38,068 bases of DNA from positions 1 to 38,068 of the IMG/VR virus record IMGVR_UViG_3300032216_000445; one strand, given 5' to 3'. Positions 1 through 9,386 of this stretch are shown in pieces (positions within the stretch are counted from its first letter, which is position 1; every line of letters begins with the position of its first letter). Position numbers and translations under genes: made by a program. The notes below the pieces were generated by a model. It saw only the letters and a list, made by a program, of their open reading frames with translations, ran no database searches and was not told the origin of the DNA. The stretch is from a virus (taxonomy: Duplodnaviria > Caudoviricetes).

Positions 1-123
1 ATAACAAACAAGGATATTTAATTATATGGTAACTACAGGCTCAGTAACCTCGCAGTTCCAGACGTACTTCTCGAAGGCGTTGCTGGAACGTGCGATCCCC
101 CTGCTCCAGATGGAGCAGTTCGC
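1..123. repeat. Direct terminal repeat, left copy (assembly circularisation overlap)
   Basis: Bases 1-123 are identical to 37946-38068; unit genome length about 37,945 bp. Confidence 0.95.
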
Positions 124-1045
124 TCAGAAAACCCCCTACCCGACCAAAACGGGTGGAAACAAAACAATCCGATTCTTCCGGTTTAGCGATCCTAGCATCA
201 CTGCTATTTCCGCTATCTCTGAAGGAACGACTCCTACTTCCGGTGATGAACGTGATCTCACGCTGTCCTCGGTTGAAGCCACGCTGGTGCAGTACGGTTC
301 CAAAATCATCTTGACCGATGTCGTTTTGGCCACCGAATTGTTCAGCCACCTCGCCCAGGCTACTAAGCAATTGGGTGAAGATGCCGCCCTTCACGCTGAC
401 ACCCTGTGTCACCGCGCGATTGTGCAGGATTCCTCGACCAGCACCGGAACCGGTGTAGCCACCAAGTCCTATTCCCGTTATGCTCAGAACAGCACCAACG
501 GAACGACCTGGGCTACTAGCTCCGTTGCAAACAGCGCGATGACTGCCACCGACTTGCTCGATGGTGCCACCTCGCTGTTCATCTCCCGCGCCCCCAAGAT
601 CAAGGACGGCTACGCGCTTGTTGCGCATCCTGCCGTTATCCGCGATCTGCAGCAGGACGATGATTGGTTGAAGGTTTCGAGCTATTCCGCTCCGGAACAA
701 ATCTTCAAAGGCGAAACTGGTAAATTGTTTGGCGTATCGGTCATTTCTTCGACCAACGTCCAGACCTTTGCTACTGCCGCCGCTGGAGTTACTGACTCGA
801 CCAGCACAGGCGCACCTGGCTATGCTAACGTCCTCCTCGGTGGTGGCGCGTTCGGCGTTCCCAGCTTGTCCTCCCTCGCGGCCTCCGGCTCACCCTTCGC
901 TCCGAAGGTGTCGATCCTCGATGCAGCGGACAAGAGCGACCCGTACAATCAGCGTATCGTAGCGTCCTTCAAGACGTTCTACGCGGCTAAACAGCTTGAT
1001 CCTCGGTTCTTCCGAGTGATCTTCTCGAAGTCGAACTACAGCTAA
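26..1045 (+). CDS. Major capsid protein (N4-gp56-like HK97 fold)
   Basis: 339 aa with GNKTIRFFRF, ISEGTTP, QYG..I.LTD, GETGKLFGV, KSDPYNQR motifs typical of this capsid family; follows the scaffold gene across the junction. Confidence 0.9.
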   Translation: MVTTGSVTSQFQTYFSKALLERAIPLLQMEQFAQKTPYPTKTGGNKTIRFFRFSDPSITAISAISEGTTPTSGDERDLTLSSVEATLVQYGSKIILTDVVLATELFSHLAQATKQLGEDAALHADTLCHRAIVQDSSTSTGTGVATKSYSRYAQNSTNGTTWATSSVANSAMTATDLLDGATSLFISRAPKIKDGYALVAHPAVIRDLQQDDDWLKVSSYSAPEQIFKGETGKLFGVSVISSTNVQTFATAAAGVTDSTSTGAPGYANVLLGGGAFGVPSLSSLAASGSPFAPKVSILDAADKSDPYNQRIVASFKTFYAAKQLDPRFFRVIFSKSNYS

Positions 1046-1052
1046 TAATTAA

Positions 1053-1424
1053 ATGGGAACCATGCTAGTTATTGGTATGGGACCTCGGAAAGGCGGGGAG
1101 GGTGAAACCTCCCCGTCTTCTCCTTCATCGGATAAACCAATGGAAAAAATGATGAAATCAGGAATGGTGATGCTTCCGCTATCTAAGTTTGAAATGACTG
1201 ATGGTAGCGACAATGTTGCCCCTGAGGTCGGTGATTCTGTTGAACTCTCCGGAACGGTTGACAAGATTGAAAATGGTATTGCCCACGTCAGCGTGGAGCA
1301 TGCCATGAGCGAGAACAAGCCCCAGGATAATTCGGAAGATATGTCTGAAGGCGAAACTCCCTCAACCGAAGAAGAGAAGATGATGAAGTTGGCGAGAGAA
1401 TCAGACAAGAAGAACTATAGCTGA
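1053..1424 (+). CDS. Hypothetical acidic protein (head module)
   Basis: 123 aa ORF tightly packed after the capsid gene. Confidence 0.7.
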   Translation: MGTMLVIGMGPRKGGEGETSPSSPSSDKPMEKMMKSGMVMLPLSKFEMTDGSDNVAPEVGDSVELSGTVDKIENGIAHVSVEHAMSENKPQDNSEDMSEGETPSTEEEKMMKLARESDKKNYS

Positions 1425-1425
1425 T

Positions 1426-1716
1426 ATGCCAGTTTACCAGTACGAAGACACCAGAAATGGTAATGTTGTCGAACTGGAAAAGGCAGTAGCCGAACGGGAC
1501 TCTGTCCCGCGTTATCTTAAACGATTCACCGTCCCGCAAAGATTGGCCCTAGTGGGGGTTGGCGAACCCCTCGACAACCCGCTGGGAGTCAATCAAACAA
1601 ACTTAATGAAGGGGTACTACCGTCAAGAACAAAAGCTTGGCAGTAGATTTAAGAGTCAATACACGCCAGATAGCATCAAACGTGCGACTCTAAGGAGAAA
1701 AAAATATGGCCAATGA
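1426..1716 (+). CDS. FmdB-like zinc-ribbon-type protein lacking the cysteines
   Basis: N-terminus MPVYQYEDTRNG resembles FmdB MPxYxYxCxxCG with the Cys replaced. Confidence 0.55.
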   Translation: MPVYQYEDTRNGNVVELEKAVAERDSVPRYLKRFTVPQRLALVGVGEPLDNPLGVNQTNLMKGYYRQEQKLGSRFKSQYTPDSIKRATLRRKKYGQ

Positions 1717-1897
1717 ATTTGCACGAAGCCCTCGCAAAGCCAAGGGTAAACCCCTCAAGCTTGACACGGCTGCCCAAGCAGTTGTTTGGGACATCACGAC
1801 CATTGCTACCACCGGAACCTTCGGTTCTGCCGCTGCGACTGCTAACGGCTTGAGCGTTATCGTCAACGGCGTTACCTACAAGATTCCATTGTTCTAA
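1706..1897 (+). CDS. Small hypothetical virion protein
   Basis: 63 aa; AAGGAG RBS upstream; Thr/Ala-rich, ends NGVTYKIPLF. Confidence 0.7.
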   Translation: MANEFARSPRKAKGKPLKLDTAAQAVVWDITTIATTGTFGSAAATANGLSVIVNGVTYKIPLF

Positions 1898-2133
1898 TGC
1901 GCCTCTTATCTCGCCTTACGCTTGGTAATGGTGGGACAATCATTGCATCGTCAGCTTCCACTAATACTGGAAGCTACGATGCGGTGACTGCTCTTACGCT
2001 TTCTACCGCAACCCTTGTCATAAGCAACGCAACCACAACTGCAACATTTAATGCCGGAGTTACCGTTTACGGTGACATCGACCAAGTTGCTCTTACTGGC
2101 GGCGCGATGGCAATTTACGTCCGAAAAGATTAA
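1897..2133 (+). CDS. Small hypothetical virion protein
   Basis: 78 aa; TAATG coupling with the previous gene; Thr-rich beta-type composition. Confidence 0.7.
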   Translation: MRLLSRLTLGNGGTIIASSASTNTGSYDAVTALTLSTATLVISNATTTATFNAGVTVYGDIDQVALTGGAMAIYVRKD

Positions 2134-2143
2134 GGAGTCCTAA

Positions 2144-2758
2144 ATGGGACGGCAATGGAATGCTATTATTGATGCCCTTAGTGGCGGGACTATGTCCATC
2201 AATGCCAACCTAACTGACATTGAGGCATTACTTACCACACTTCAAGCTGATGTTGCCGATGGTATTAGTGTAAGTGGTACAGTTGATATAGGAAATGAAC
2301 CATCTGTAAGTGTTACAAATTTGTCATTCCAAAATGCTGATGGTGATGCAATAAATTCAACAACTTCAGTTAAAGTTGGATATATTGATGATGGTAGCAA
2401 TAATCTTGTTACAACAAGTACTGCAAATCCATTTCCAGTAAGAGCAACAGTAACTGGAGGGACTGTTTATAATATTCCATCCAATCAATCAACAACTGGT
2501 GGAACAGGTCCAAAAACATTTACAAGCGTTACATACGGAACGATTGCAAATGCAAACGCAAGCAGACTTGGTTGTCAGATATACAACCAAGGAGCTGGAA
2601 ATTTGCACGTTACACTTGGAACTGCAACAACAAGCACATCTGTTTATACTGTAAAACTAAATTCTGGAGACTATTACGAGGTTCCGTCAAACTATACCGG
2701 ACTAATCGGAGGAATCTTTGCTTCGGCTGGAACTGCTCTTGTTACGGAGTTGTCGTAA
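2144..2758 (+). CDS. Putative virion structural/decoration protein
   Basis: 204 aa; TAAGGAG RBS; Thr/Gly/Ser-rich. Confidence 0.7.
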   Translation: MGRQWNAIIDALSGGTMSINANLTDIEALLTTLQADVADGISVSGTVDIGNEPSVSVTNLSFQNADGDAINSTTSVKVGYIDDGSNNLVTTSTANPFPVRATVTGGTVYNIPSNQSTTGGTGPKTFTSVTYGTIANANASRLGCQIYNQGAGNLHVTLGTATTSTSVYTVKLNSGDYYEVPSNYTGLIGGIFASAGTALVTELS

Positions 2759-3570
2759 TGCCATTGTTCTCGGCAGTTGAACCATTGCCTGTCAATAGGA
2801 TTAAAAACAGGCTATTCGATCCAGACGCAAGAGATTATATTCTGCGAGTTGAGGCAGCAGATGGTGATAGGCTTGAATCCCCAGTTCGTGGAGCTATTAA
2901 CGATTTTGTTCTAGGGTGTAAGGCAGATGGTATTTGGTCAGCGATCAAATCGTCTTGCATTATGGCTGGAGCCAGGACATTAAGTGGAGCAATAATCCCG
3001 CTGGTTGGGAATGCTCCAACAAATTTTAATTTTGTTAGCGGAGATTATAGCAGAAAAACAGGACTTCTTGGAAATGGATCTACAAAATATTTGAATACTG
3101 GATATTTATCAAATACTTTTTTTACAAGCAACAATGACCATCATTTATCTGTGTATGTTTCATCGGCCGCATCCACCTCAGTCACAACAAAAATATTTAT
3201 AGGAAATGCAACTGGAATAGGAGGAAGATCATATTTAGCTAAAAGCACAACAGATCAATTTTCAGCTAGGATGGCAACATCAACATTAAGCGAAAACATA
3301 GCCAGCCAAGGAATTACTACTGGATTCAAGGGAGCTTCTAGGTCTGCATCAACAACAACAAATGTAAGAACTGGAGGGTCTAATACTGCCTCAACATTAA
3401 CATCAACCGCATTTGGTGGGGGATTAATTTTACAAGTTTTTTGTGGAGCGGCAGCAAGTTTTTGTGATGCAAGAATGTCTTTTTACTCAATGGGAGCAAG
3501 TGTTAACCTTGCTATTTTAGACGCTCGAATTACAACTTTAATGAATGCTTTGTCAACTATACTTCCATAA
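2758..3570 (+). CDS. Putative virion structural/receptor-binding protein
   Basis: Start reassigned to ATG 2758 (TAATG coupling; MPLFSAVEP..DPDARDYILRVEAADG); beta-rich C-terminus with GNGSTKYLNTG. Confidence 0.7.
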   Translation: MPLFSAVEPLPVNRIKNRLFDPDARDYILRVEAADGDRLESPVRGAINDFVLGCKADGIWSAIKSSCIMAGARTLSGAIIPLVGNAPTNFNFVSGDYSRKTGLLGNGSTKYLNTGYLSNTFFTSNNDHHLSVYVSSAASTSVTTKIFIGNATGIGGRSYLAKSTTDQFSARMATSTLSENIASQGITTGFKGASRSASTTTNVRTGGSNTASTLTSTAFGGGLILQVFCGAAASFCDARMSFYSMGASVNLAILDARITTLMNALSTILP

Positions 3571-3571
3571 A

Positions 3572-3691
3572 ATGAAACTCATCCTAGCCTGTCTTATTCT
3601 ATCCTCCTGCTGTCCTCAAAAACAGCCCAATACCGATTTGCCACGCTATAGCGACATGGGTGCAGCCGAAGATGCGGGGAAAGTAAAATGA
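3572..3691 (+). CDS. Small lipoprotein, 39 aa (not in the ORF track)
   Basis: MKLILACLILSSCCPQKQPNTDLPRYSDMGAAEDAGKVK; lipobox LSSC; fills the gap and has ATGA overlap with the next gene. Confidence 0.65.
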   Translation: MKLILACLILSSCCPQKQPNTDLPRYSDMGAAEDAGKVK

Positions 3692-3966
3692 AATGCCTCG
3701 CCATTTGGCTGACCAATTTGAGTTTGCGTTTCTTGATGACTCGCGCGGAATATGCCTGTTTCAAGGAGGCATTAAAGTTTGCGGTAGAAAACAACAACAT
3801 GGTCAAGGAAACCAGGTATATTGGCAAGGTAAAGCACCTCATGTCTGTGAATCGCTCAATCAAGCGTATCGTGGAGGACGGCAGGGATCGGGACGAGGTT
3901 GTGGATGCTGTTGTTCATTTGGCTGTGGCGTTAAAGTATCTGGAGGGTAAGGGTCGTGAGTCTTGA
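3688..3966 (+). CDS. Hypothetical protein
   Basis: 92 aa ORF overlapping both neighbours. Confidence 0.65.
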   Translation: MKCLAIWLTNLSLRFLMTRAEYACFKEALKFAVENNNMVKETRYIGKVKHLMSVNRSIKRIVEDGRDRDEVVDAVVHLAVALKYLEGKGRES

Positions 3967-4204
3967 TGAAATTTCTGATTTAAAGGATCGGATTGCTACC
4001 CAGTCGGAGCGTTTGGCTCGAATGGAAGAGAGACAAATGCAATTATACGCTATGGTCGAAAGGTCACTTGCTTTCCACGGGGATGTTGCTAATAGATTAT
4101 CTGCGCTAGAACACCTCCGGACGAGGCTTCTGGCTGTTGCTGGCTTGATTGGTCTGATTGGATCAATGGCCTGGGATGTCCTTAAAAACCGCTTTAATAG
4201 CTAG
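3956..4204 (+). CDS. Coiled-coil protein with C-terminal TM helix (XhlA/holin-like)
   Basis: RLARMEER coiled coil followed by LLAVAGLIGLIGSMAW hydrophobic segment. Confidence 0.6.
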   Translation: MSLDEISDLKDRIATQSERLARMEERQMQLYAMVERSLAFHGDVANRLSALEHLRTRLLAVAGLIGLIGSMAWDVLKNRFNS

Positions 4205-4212
4205 GAGAAACA

Positions 4213-5037
4213 ATGCCCACACTTGGTACACAGAACATTGCCACAAGCTACCCACAGCTTCTCAAAGTTGCGTCTACAAGCCCTATTTCTGGATCTCTTC
4301 AAGCAATTACCAGCGGGGATAGCTCAGGAACATCAGCCCTTTCTCTTTCCACATCCGAGGTACAAAGCACCGGATCGTTCACAGTTTCTAGCAATAGCCG
4401 TCTTCTTGGGCCTGTTACTTTCGGATCAACCATAACAGCGGCCACCGGAACGATTACTATTGGCACGCTTTCAAATAGTACATCCAGCATTGGAACAGCC
4501 ACGATTAGCACGGCTACGATTAGCACGGCCACGATTCCGCTCCAACTCGGCGCAGTTACATTTGGATCGCATGTTACAATTTCCACCGGAACAGCAACAA
4601 TTGGCACGTTGTCATGCTCGACAGCTAGTATTGGTACAGAAAGTGTTGGAACAGTATTTGGAACAGTTGGAAGCTTCTCCGGACAGTTTACAACAGGATC
4701 ATTGAAGGTTGGTGCATCAGGGTCAACTCTTACTTCAATGACCTACACAACCACAGCATTTACTGGTGCGACAATTTTGGACATTAATACCGCGACAAAT
4801 GGAAATAATATTTCAACAGGAACATTTACAATGACAGGAATTGGAAACAGCGATATTATTCTTGGTGGTTTGACATCACTTGCCGGAGCAAGTGGTGGAA
4901 CTCCAGGGGGGCTTCTGCTTTCACTAAGAACAGAGGCAACGAATGTTGCCAGATATACAATTCTTAATTGTTCTTCAAATACAGCAAGTACTATTGGAAC
5001 AGGAATTTTACACGCATCTGCATTTAGATATATTTAA
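4213..5037 (+). CDS. Thr/Ser/Gly-rich tail fibre/spike-like protein
   Basis: 274 aa; AGGAG RBS; TATIS/TATIG pentapeptide repeats. Confidence 0.7.
   Translation: MPTLGTQNIATSYPQLLKVASTSPISGSLQAITSGDSSGTSALSLSTSEVQSTGSFTVSSNSRLLGPVTFGSTITAATGTITIGTLSNSTSSIGTATISTATISTATIPLQLGAVTFGSHVTISTGTATIGTLSCSTASIGTESVGTVFGTVGSFSGQFTTGSLKVGASGSTLTSMTYTTTAFTGATILDINTATNGNNISTGTFTMTGIGNSDIILGGLTSLAGASGGTPGGLLLSLRTEATNVARYTILNCSSNTASTIGTGILHASAFRYI
4495..4536 (+). repeat. 15-bp tandem coding repeat (TATIS, about 3 copies)
   Basis: acagccacgattagc acggctacgattagc acggccacgatt. Confidence 0.8.
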
Positions 5038-5040
5038 TAT

Positions 5041-6120
5041 ATGGCAATCAAATTTAATCGCTCACAGACGTTTGCAACCAATGGCACAGTTACTTCCGCT
5101 GGGTTGCACAATCTTGTCGATGGCTTGGATGTTTATCAGGCTTTGATTACCGATCAAACTGCCCTTGCAAATGTAAAACAAACAGACAAACTTTTGATTG
5201 CAGATTCAAGCCTTACGGCAAGCGATGCCCCCAGGTCTGTTGTTGTAAGCGAATTGTTTCAAGATGGACTCAGCACGGGTACATATACAAACGTAAATGC
5301 ACAAAGTCTGCTTTATACAAATGGAACTGGGAATTATACTTTAAGCACGGGCGCGACAATTACCACAGGAACAATTCCCAATCTTACGGCTGGAACAACA
5401 ACCTCTACGCTTGGCACGATTACAAACCTTACTGCCGGTACAACCAATTCCACCGGAGCCAGCATTACCAATGGAACGATCCAGACGCTTACGGCGAGTA
5501 CGGCAACGATCAGCGTTGGCACTTACTCTGGTGCAATCAATAGCACCACCGGAACGATTGCAACACTAAAAAGCACGACAGGGACGATTGGTAATTTTAC
5601 AACTACTCTTGCTGGTGACTTTACAATCAGTAGCGGAACCGGAACGCTTTCTACAAGCGGTGCAACATCTGGAAGTTATGGTGATGCAACATCATATCCA
5701 ATCATAAATATTGATGCCAAAGGCCGAGTAACATCGGTAAGCACATCTGCTGTTGGTGGCTCGATTGGTACAAACAGCGTTTACTACGGATCTCTTTCCA
5801 CAAGCACAAGTGAATCAACGAATGTTGCAAGCAGAGTTGCTAAAGCATGGGTTAATTGGAATGGATCAACAGATGCTATTCGCAGTTCATTTAATGTTCT
5901 TTCAGTTAGCCACGGAGCAACAGGAGAATATACGGTCAATTTTAATACGAGCATTGGCACAGGAATGGCGTTTTCCGCAGATGGAAATTTATCATCCTCA
6001 TTTAATTATGTTGTTGTTACTGATGTTACTTCAGCAACATCATTGAGGGTAATTACATCAACTGCTGCCGCAGTTAAAACAAATTTAGACTACATTTCAG
6101 TTGTGGTATTTGGAGCATAA
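5041..6120 (+). CDS. Tail fibre protein
   Basis: 359 aa; Thr-rich repeats (ITNLTAGTT), IDAKGRVTS, C-terminal AKAWVNWNG..IRSSFNV.SV...TGEYTVNF domain typical of fibre tips. Confidence 0.8.
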   Translation: MAIKFNRSQTFATNGTVTSAGLHNLVDGLDVYQALITDQTALANVKQTDKLLIADSSLTASDAPRSVVVSELFQDGLSTGTYTNVNAQSLLYTNGTGNYTLSTGATITTGTIPNLTAGTTTSTLGTITNLTAGTTNSTGASITNGTIQTLTASTATISVGTYSGAINSTTGTIATLKSTTGTIGNFTTTLAGDFTISSGTGTLSTSGATSGSYGDATSYPIINIDAKGRVTSVSTSAVGGSIGTNSVYYGSLSTSTSESTNVASRVAKAWVNWNGSTDAIRSSFNVLSVSHGATGEYTVNFNTSIGTGMAFSADGNLSSSFNYVVVTDVTSATSLRVITSTAAAVKTNLDYISVVVFGA

Positions 6121-6121
6121 T

Positions 6122-6556
6122 ATGGCTAAAATTATTGCATACAATAACGCTGGTGGACTTGGAGTAATTATTCCAGTACTTAATGATGAGTCAAAAATTA
6201 CAGAATTTGCATCAACAAATGTACAACCAGGTATTGAATATATTATTATTGATAATTCAGAATTGCCGTCCGACCAAACATTTCGTGATGCTCTTGAGGT
6301 AAATGGCGGAATTAGGTTCAACTCCGACAAGGCCAAAGTAATTTGGAAAAACAAGTGGCGTGAAGCACGCAAGTACAAGCTTGCCTCGCTCGACATTGAT
6401 TTTATGCGCGCTGTTGAATCTGGTGATCAATCTAAACAGGCCGAGATTGCCAGCAAGAAGCAGGCGCTGAGGGATGTAACTTTAACCGAAATACCAGGCA
6501 CCACGCCCGAAGAAATCAAGTCTGTCTGGCCGGAGGTGCTAAATGACACTATCTGA
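6122..6556 (+). CDS. Tail fibre assembly chaperone
   Basis: Start reassigned to ATG 6122; LP.DQTFRDA and LASLDIDFMRAVE..KKQALRDVT..WP motifs; follows the fibre gene. Confidence 0.75.
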   Translation: MAKIIAYNNAGGLGVIIPVLNDESKITEFASTNVQPGIEYIIIDNSELPSDQTFRDALEVNGGIRFNSDKAKVIWKNKWREARKYKLASLDIDFMRAVESGDQSKQAEIASKKQALRDVTLTEIPGTTPEEIKSVWPEVLNDTI

Positions 6557-7241
6557 AATAGCCCAATACGCAGGGCAGAAGATCGGAAAGACAGATACAG
6601 AAACTCTTACATTCCTGCAAAAAGCCGCAAGCTTGGCTTACAGGCGCGTATGGGACTTTGCCCCTTGGCGTGAAACTGTTACTAGCTCAACATATTCGCT
6701 TGGTACAAATCGGACTGTAACACTTGGATCAAATGTAGAAACGCCGCTTTCGATTGCCTACAATGACATTGAAATTGAAGCTATTGATTTTGCGACCATC
6801 ATAAGCCAAGACCCAGGAATCCTTGATGACGCTCGAACTGGAGATCCTGCCTCATATTATTTCAAGGGAAGAAACACTTCTGGAGTAGCTGAATTGGATG
6901 TTTATCCGGTATTAAAAACTGCTGGGACAACACCATTGAGGGTTATTGAAAAATTAAAATGTCTTACGCGCACAAATATTGTTGTAGATTTTCCTCCATC
7001 TACAGATGCATTGAATGATGAACTTCGTCTTCCACATGTTCACAATATTGTTCTTGATTTAACTCATGCCGATGGTCTGGAACGCGAGCGTCAATACGCA
7101 AAAGCGCAGGCAATTACCCAAGAAGCAAGCACAAACCTTGCGGCAATGGCAAATTATGAATTAAGCCAGGTTGGCGGGATTAAGCAAATTACACCCAACA
7201 ATCTTGGCGAATTGACAGTAGAACAAATGTTCCTTTCGTAA
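6543..7241 (+). CDS. Head-tail adaptor / tail tubular protein A-like
   Basis: 232 aa; MTLSEI start, WDFAPW, GDPASY, LDVYP motifs; precedes the nozzle gene. Confidence 0.65.
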   Translation: MTLSEIAQYAGQKIGKTDTETLTFLQKAASLAYRRVWDFAPWRETVTSSTYSLGTNRTVTLGSNVETPLSIAYNDIEIEAIDFATIISQDPGILDDARTGDPASYYFKGRNTSGVAELDVYPVLKTAGTTPLRVIEKLKCLTRTNIVVDFPPSTDALNDELRLPHVHNIVLDLTHADGLERERQYAKAQAITQEASTNLAAMANYELSQVGGIKQITPNNLGELTVEQMFLS

Positions 7242-7250
7242 GTAGGCTTT

Positions 7251-9158
7251 ATGCCTTATTACTCAGATAATTTGGATGATCTGATTGCGTTTGACGCAAC
7301 CAGAATATTTGATGGAGGCCAAGTCAGCGCACTCCAATCAGACCTATTGGCCGAGAATCAAGTCCAACAGTTAAACAATATGATCTTGTCTCCAGCGGGA
7401 AGCCTGGAAACAAGGAGGGGAATTAAATCATTTTGTACTTCAACCACAAGCCAAGAGGGATCATTGGGCGGTTTTAGATATTATGATACTCCGGATTACG
7501 AAAGACTTGTAACGGTTACACAGGGAAGACTTTATACAATTGATTCAAATGGCAATGCCCAATTGCATGCAAATGATGACATTTGGAATAGCCTTACTGG
7601 GGCAACAAGAACTTGGGATAATGAAAACCAATTATGGGCTGACGGATTTTATACTGCGTACGACCAAAAGGTCAGCATGGCTCAATTTAACAATAAGATG
7701 TATATGGCGGATGCTGATGGTTCATTATATTATTATGATGGAGTTGTTGCGACACGGCAGGGAGGAAAGCTAAGGGCAATCACAATTACAAGCGGAGGCA
7801 CAGGATATACAAGTGCAACTGCAATTGTTACCGGACCAGATTGGGGAGGGCAACTTCCAACATTAATTACAACAGTTGCCGGAGGGGTTGTAACAGGAGT
7901 AACCGTTGTTGATGGTGGATTTGGATACTCAACTACACCAACAGTTACTTTTGTTGGGGATGGGAATGGAGCAGCCGCTACAGCAACAGTAAGCCCTCCT
8001 CCTCAAAATTTAAGACTTTTAATTAATACAGGAAATAGATTATTTGGAGTTGGTTCTGGTGATGATAGAAATACTCTTTATTGCTCTGATATTCTAGATG
8101 CATCCATCTGGGACGCTCAAAATAGCGTTGTTGTAAATGCAGATGATGGTGATGAAATTACTGCAATTGTTCCTTACTATCAAAATCGCATTATTGTCTT
8201 TAAGAAGAGACGGATATTCCAAATTACAATTCCACCGGACATGACAACTGCCGCTGATTGGACTATTCAGCTTATTTCAAATAATGTGGGTTGTATTGCA
8301 GAAGCATCAGCAGTCCAAGTAAACAGCGACATATTCTTTCTTGGTGATGATGGCATTCGCTCCCTTGTACGCTCAATGGCAGATGATTTCACATCCATTG
8401 GATTGCCACTTTCAGAACCAGTAAAAGATGTAATCCAAGAAATAAATATTGCAAAGATCAATATATGCCAAGCCGCGTTTTACGATAATAGGTATTACTT
8501 GGCCTATCCAACTGGTGCAAATGATTTCAATGATTCGGCGCTTGTTTATAATACAATTTTAAAATGCTTTGAAGGTAGATGGAGTTGGAAGGCAATGGGT
8601 TTTGCAATAGCCAATTTCCAAGATCAAGGATTAAGATTGATGCTTAAATCCACCACGGGGGAGATTACTACCTATGGAGGATATAAAGCACCGTCCGCAA
8701 CAACTGCTAACGATTATATTGATTATGGTGTTTATACTATTTCAACCGGAACAACGACCACTACTTCAACTGGAACCTACAATTACGAATCAGTTGTTCG
8801 TACCAGAGATTACAAATTTGGCGATCCATTTGCATACAAGCATGGAAGCTATTTTGAAATAATTTTTGGAGATTCATTTTCAACGGATACAAACATATCC
8901 ATTCAAAGGGATATTGATGTTGGTGATATTGAGGTTCAGCCCAACCTTAATATTTCAAGCGCAGTTCTTACCCTTCCATTTACGTTACCGGCAACCTTGC
9001 CAACATCCCTCAAGAAGAGAGTTGCAAGCGATTTGCGTTCTTACGACAAATGGCGGTTGCTTAATATCAAGATTCGTTCTTCGGCAAATAAGATGTCCCT
9101 GCGCCAGATTACGGCTGCGGCCAATCCCGATACAATCCAGCTTGAGAAATCACTATGA
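7251..9158 (+). CDS. Tail nozzle / tail tubular protein B-like
   Basis: 635 aa; LETRRG near the N-terminus, beta-propeller-like repeats, VGCIA..S motif; podovirus synteny. Confidence 0.75.
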   Translation: MPYYSDNLDDLIAFDATRIFDGGQVSALQSDLLAENQVQQLNNMILSPAGSLETRRGIKSFCTSTTSQEGSLGGFRYYDTPDYERLVTVTQGRLYTIDSNGNAQLHANDDIWNSLTGATRTWDNENQLWADGFYTAYDQKVSMAQFNNKMYMADADGSLYYYDGVVATRQGGKLRAITITSGGTGYTSATAIVTGPDWGGQLPTLITTVAGGVVTGVTVVDGGFGYSTTPTVTFVGDGNGAAATATVSPPPQNLRLLINTGNRLFGVGSGDDRNTLYCSDILDASIWDAQNSVVVNADDGDEITAIVPYYQNRIIVFKKRRIFQITIPPDMTTAADWTIQLISNNVGCIAEASAVQVNSDIFFLGDDGIRSLVRSMADDFTSIGLPLSEPVKDVIQEINIAKINICQAAFYDNRYYLAYPTGANDFNDSALVYNTILKCFEGRWSWKAMGFAIANFQDQGLRLMLKSTTGEITTYGGYKAPSATTANDYIDYGVYTISTGTTTTTSTGTYNYESVVRTRDYKFGDPFAYKHGSYFEIIFGDSFSTDTNISIQRDIDVGDIEVQPNLNISSAVLTLPFTLPATLPTSLKKRVASDLRSYDKWRLLNIKIRSSANKMSLRQITAAANPDTIQLEKSL

Positions 9159-9385
9159 GCGAATTGCCCTGTAACAGCCCAAGGCGTACTCCAGGCGAGC
9201 GCAAGAAGTTTGTTGTCCGCGCCTGCCAGAATGGTCAGTCCAAGACCATCCGATACGGCGATCCGGACATGAAAATTAAGAAAAACAATCCAGATCGCAG
9301 GCGTAGCTTTAGGGCTAGGCACGGGTGCGATTCAAAACCACCAAGCAAAATGACTGCTAGGTATTGGTCTTGCAAGAACTGGTGA
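9155..9385 (+). CDS. Small basic conserved phage protein
   Basis: 76 aa; IRYGD..MKIK...PDRRRSFRARHGC..ARYWSC motif, common in environmental phages. Confidence 0.7.
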   Translation: MSELPCNSPRRTPGERKKFVVRACQNGQSKTIRYGDPDMKIKKNNPDRRRSFRARHGCDSKPPSKMTARYWSCKNW

Positions 9386-9386
9386 C

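Noticed and set aside
41-700. 219-aa antisense ORF over the capsid gene
   Set aside because: Shadow of a codon-biased gene; no motifs or RBS.
2572-2757. N-terminal extension of ORF 2572-3570
   Set aside because: Overlaps the upstream gene; ATG 2758 with TAATG coupling is the better start.
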